From: Octopus sinensis
Taxonomy: Eukaryota
Length of the DNA stretch: 64,000 bases
Reading direction: 5' to 3'
Assembly (NCBI RefSeq): GCF_006345805.1
Contig: NC_043003.1
Location: 103,726,001 to 103,790,000 of the forward strand
Under the pieces are notes generated by a model. It was not told the DNA's origin. It did no database searches and saw only the letters and a list, made by a program, of their open reading frames with translations. The position numbers were made by a program, and so were the translations under genes. Below, piece by piece: positions 59,610 to 64,000 of this stretch. How positions within the stretch are numbered: the stretch's first letter is position 1; each line of letters begins with the position of its first letter.

Positions 59610-59900
59610 GGAACATGGCTCAGTGGTTAGTGCATTGGGCTTACAATTGTGAGGTTGTGAGTTCGATTCCTGCACCAGGCTGTGTGTTCTTGAGCAAGAC
59701 TCTTTACTTCACATTGCTCTTCTTCACTCAAGTGTAGAAATGAGTTGCAAGGTCACTGGTGCCAAGCTGTATCGGCCCCTTTGCCTTTCCTTTAGACAAT
59801 GTCAGTGGTGTGGAGAGGCGAGACTGGTATGCATGGGCAACTGCTGGTCTTCCACAGACAACCTTATCCAGAACTTTCTTGATGCAATCCCATGATCATA
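59610..59900 (+). mobile_element. tRNA-head SINE (family C); related copy at ~33225-33480
   Basis: A box TGGCTCAGTGG at 59616 and B box GTTCGATTCC at 59661, followed by a TTCTTGAGCAAGAC..CTTCACATTGCTC body. Confidence 0.75.
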
Positions 59901-60229
59901 TATGCACACATATATATATATATCTTTAAATACATTGTGTCTCTGTGGTTGTTTAATTTTGCACTTGCTTCTAAGAAAGCTATGACCTGCAACCAGTGAT
60001 GGTCGTGTCACTTCTGTCAAAAAATCATCTGCTCACTTTGCATCTTCAAAGCTGTATAGAATAAAGTTGTACATGAAAAACAGGTACTTGTTTTTTGGGG
60101 GATCTATCCAAGGTGCTGTGCAATGAGATTGATACCCAAATTTTCTGTACTTGTATAAAAACAAACTAGGGGACAATGCCTATATTTCTCTGCTGACTAA
60201 CTTTATTGTTAATATTAATATATATGTAG

Positions 60230-60367
60230 ATGTGTGTGTGTATATATATATATATATATAAATGTGTGTGTGTGTGCATATAATATATATATATGTGTGT
60301 GTATATATATATATATATAAATGTGTGTGTGTGTGCATATAATATATATATATGTATGTATATTATT

Positions 60368-60398
<31 letters not shown>

Positions 60399-60552
60399 AT
60401 GTATATATATATATTATGTATATGTATATATATATATATGTATATATATGTATATATATATATTATATATATATATATGTATAATATGTATATGTATATA
60501 TATATATATATATATATGTATAATATGTATATGTATATAATATATATATATG

Positions 60553-60584
<32 letters not shown>

Positions 60585-60598
60585 ATGTATATATATAT

Positions 60599-60632
<34 letters not shown>

Positions 60633-60650
60633 ATAATATGTATGTATATT
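60230..60650. repeat. (TA)n/(TATG)n microsatellite
   Basis: Direct inspection of the sequence. Confidence 0.95.
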
Positions 60651-61464
60651 TCAAGGCGGCGAGTTGGCAGAAACGTTAGCGTGCCGGGCGACCTGCGTAG
60701 CCGTATTTCGTCTGTCGTTACATTCCGAGTTCAAATTCCGCTGAGGTCGACTTTGCCTTTCATCCTTTCAGGGTCGATAAATTAAGTACCAGTTACGCAC
60801 TGGGGTCGATGTAATCGACTTAATCCCTTTGTCTGTCCTTGTTTGTCCCCTCTGTGTTTAGCCCCTTGTGGGTAGTAAAGAAATATATATGTATGTATAT
60901 TATATGTGGTGACGCTCTGTGGTTAAGAATCCCACTTCTCAACCACAAGGTTTCAGTTAGGATACCTGCGCAGCAGAAGGAAGATCAAACTTTAAATAAT
61001 GCATCAACATTTTCATGTAACCTATGCTAGCATGGAAAAATTAGTATAAAAACGAACATAGTAATATTATAGGACAAGCAGCCTATTTGAGTATTTTTGC
61101 TTCCCCTCCACTCATGGATAATAGCTTCCTGGCAGAAAGAAGGAATTAAAGCCAGGTAAGATGGTAATGTTAGCCCTGCATCTATTACACAACTTAAATG
61201 AATGTAATTGCCATTTGAATATTTGAAACTCAGTTATGAAGCTGGAGATGGTGAATATCTGTTCTGCCTCTCATGTTATGATATAGATTTATTTATTTGA
61301 GTGCATGTCAGCATAAGAAAGGAGAGAGGAAAAAAATCCCACATTAAAATGTTGATCAGCATGTTTGTATGATTGTATTTATATGTGTGTGGTTTATGTG
61401 TGAAAGCAATAAAATGCACTAATGTGTTTTATTGGTTGTAGTAAAATGTGTAGCCTCATATATA

Positions 61465-61527
<63 letters not shown>

Positions 61528-62819
61528 GGAAGGAATAAGTAGGTAATTCTTTATATCATGGTTATTAACAAGAAACCAAGTAGATGCTAGTAATGTTCAC
61601 TTGATGTAAAGTAGCAGCAGTAATGGAAATGGTGAAAAAAAAATATGTATATGTGTATATATATGTATGTGTGTGTATTTGTATATATATAAATATGATT
61701 CGTATACACATGCAACAGTATTGGTGGAACATGTTACCAACCAGCTGTACTGAGGCATACATGCTAGTGTGTCTTGCAATGATGCCTTTAACATTATATA
61801 TCGATAGTATCGTTTGAATTTGCAGATATGTTATCATTAGGGAATATTTTGCTGCTTTTTATCAAACACACAGATTTGATACTTCAACACATTGTCAGAA
61901 CAAGCAGAGCAACTCCCTGTCGTTATAACATCAACCACTTCCCAGTGCACCAATGGAACGGTCTGTTTCTCAAGTGGATGTCAAATCACAGTACACGTGG
62001 GAAAGAAAGATGAACAATGCTTGCATGTGGTAGGCTTGAACCTGTGAACCCAGCATTTAAACAACAGCAACCTAACAACATATACCCATATTTGTTCTGT
62101 ATTATCTTCTTTTTCTTGCATCTATTTTGGTCATTTTGTATTTTGTTTTTTCTTCTTTTCTCTTTACTTTTCTTTCATCTGTTTTCTTTTTTATTTTCCT
62201 CTTCTGACCTCCACCTCCTTCACTGGGGATGGTCATTATGTTGATCACAGGCAATGGAGATTCACCAATATGGAACCTAATATCACCACTCTTTGCATAC
62301 ACACACACACACACACACATTTACACTCTGAATTACCAGAGAAGAAAGGGTAGGCCTACCCTTCAACCTAATGTTAACATTACCCTCTCCCTCCCAACCC
62401 TGAAAACTTCACATTGATGTTTGCTGTGCCCTCTTCCATTCCAACACTTATCTTAGGTTCATATGTAATTTTCTATAAATATGTTAAAATTTAATATTGA
62501 TACTGACAAATTCACTGCCACCATCTTCAACCAAAATCATCATCACCATCCCTTTCAAACCAAAATAACTACCACCCCCTCCTCCTCTTCCTCCTTTTTC
62601 AAACTTTTTTCCTTTGTTTTCTTTTGCTCTTGATTTCCAAGATTATAAGAAAATCCTATTTCCTAATGAATAAAAATAAAATCCTGTTTTATTATCACCT
62701 GTTTACTATTTTTTGTGTTATTTTTAACTACCAGTCTGTTTGTATGTAAGCAATTGCCTGTGTGTGTATATATATATTTTGTTTAGCATGTAGCTAACTC
62801 CACCAAAAGTATCAAAGTA

Positions 62820-63720
62820 ACTATAGATTACCCCACCAGGCACCCTAACAACAGACTCCCTGTCCTTGATACTGTGAATGACAGAGTGCAACTCCTCCAC
62901 ACCCATTACATGAAACCTATAGCTTCTAAATACTGGTAGCAGGCCTAGTTAGGATAATGCACAATATGTCCCCACTATGCAAAGCCTATGAAACAAAAAA
63001 AAGCATGTACAGAACTTCATGCACCACATGCAATTCTCTGGATATGATCAGAAAGATAGGGTCCGGGCATACAGAGGTGCTTGAAAGAAGTTAGTATTAT
63101 AAATAATGAAACCAATGGTACCTGGCCTAGAGATAAGAGTAAAGACTGGAATAGGACATAAAGAGTTTGTGACAAAGCAAACGGGGAGAACACATGATAT
63201 AAATCGACAAATATCAAGGAGTGATGTTTGTAGAGGCCACAGCCCATGGAGAACTAGCCCATAGATTTAGGAAAGCTCTGAAGGAGGCTAATCTCAATAT
63301 TAAGATCATTGAAAAGCCAGGGAGCTCCATCAGATCACAACTATGTAGGATGTACCCCTTTGAGAATACCACATGCACCAATGATAACTGCATAGTATAT
63401 AAGATTAACCCTGGCATTAACTGTAGAATTAGAAATGTAGTCTACAGCATAAGGTGCATAGAGGGTGCTTGTAAAGACAAGAATGTAATATACATAGGTG
63501 AAACATCTAGAAGCATTGCAGAGAGACTAAATGACCATCTGAGACAATATGATGACAAAAAAACAATCCTCCATGCTCTACCAACACGGAGGCACACTTG
63601 GTTCAACTTGACATCCACATTTTATCCAGGCTCCTGAAGGACCCAACACTCAGACAAATACAAGAGTACATCCGCATTAATGAAACATCCCCAGTACTAA
63701 ATAGGAAATACACATAGGTG
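62820..63720 (+). mobile_element. Decayed Penelope-like element (RT thumb and GIY-YIG endonuclease)
   Basis: LPVLDT..HYMKPIAS followed by CRIRNVVYSIRC..YIGETSRSIAERLNDH and DPTLRQIQE..LNRK, with several stops and frameshifts. Confidence 0.88.
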
Positions 63721-64000
63721 TCATATCCACAGTTTATATAAACACAAGCACATGGATATGCAGAATACATACAATCAAACGTGCATACATATATACAAAC
63801 ACATACATGTGTATGCACACAAACAAAAGAAGAATAGTCAACAACCATTGAAAAGGTTGCAAGATGCAATGAAAATTTTAGTAAAGTAAATGAGTGGAAA
63901 TCAGACCGGTGAATGTGTTAAATTAATAAGGCACTAAAAGAGAATGACTCTCCCCAGACACAATATATATATATATATGTTTATAAAAAAGAAGTTTGAA

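Noticed and set aside
59610-59690. tRNA-like sequence with A and B boxes
   Set aside because: No convincing acceptor stem or cloverleaf; it continues into a SINE body found in other copies.
58190-60280. ~70-bp direct repeat at ~58190 and ~60195
   Set aside because: Low-complexity and leading into microsatellites; most likely a small dispersed repeat, not LTRs of an element.
61828-62060. Non-repetitive stretch with moderate GC and short ORFs
   Set aside because: Stops occur in all frames within ~50-60 codons and there is no consistent acceptor/donor pair; possibly UTR of a neighbouring gene but unsupported.

Overview
AT-rich, repeat-dense animal genomic DNA; the repeat families suggest an octopus/coleoid cephalopod, which is an inference. 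There is no prokaryotic content and no CRISPR array. One protein-coding gene can be assembled by hand on the + strand: 12 coding exons from 14480 to 54133, all GT-AG and phase-consistent, giving 2058 nt and 685 aa. The protein has a basic, CDK-site-rich N-terminus, about 5 ankyrin repeats, a Ser/Pro-rich linker and a C-terminal coiled coil. Its ankyrin block resembles, from memory, the fungal Swi6/Cdc10/Mbp1 type. A candidate ETS-CRE promoter lies at about 10.03 kb. The rest is decayed mobile DNA. A 5'-truncated RTE LINE carries a PHD finger inside its RT, and its modular 3'UTR is the source of about 10 short (GAT)n-tailed repeats. There are three Tc1/mariner elements, one of which has grown a 40 x 14-bp minisatellite out of its own coding sequence. 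Also present are a Chapaev-like remnant, hAT-like and piggyBac-like MITEs, several SINE families, Penelope-like fragments with hammerhead-like motifs and terminal palindromes, and long (TA)n microsatellites. Most ORFs in the supplied track are artefacts of these repeats.
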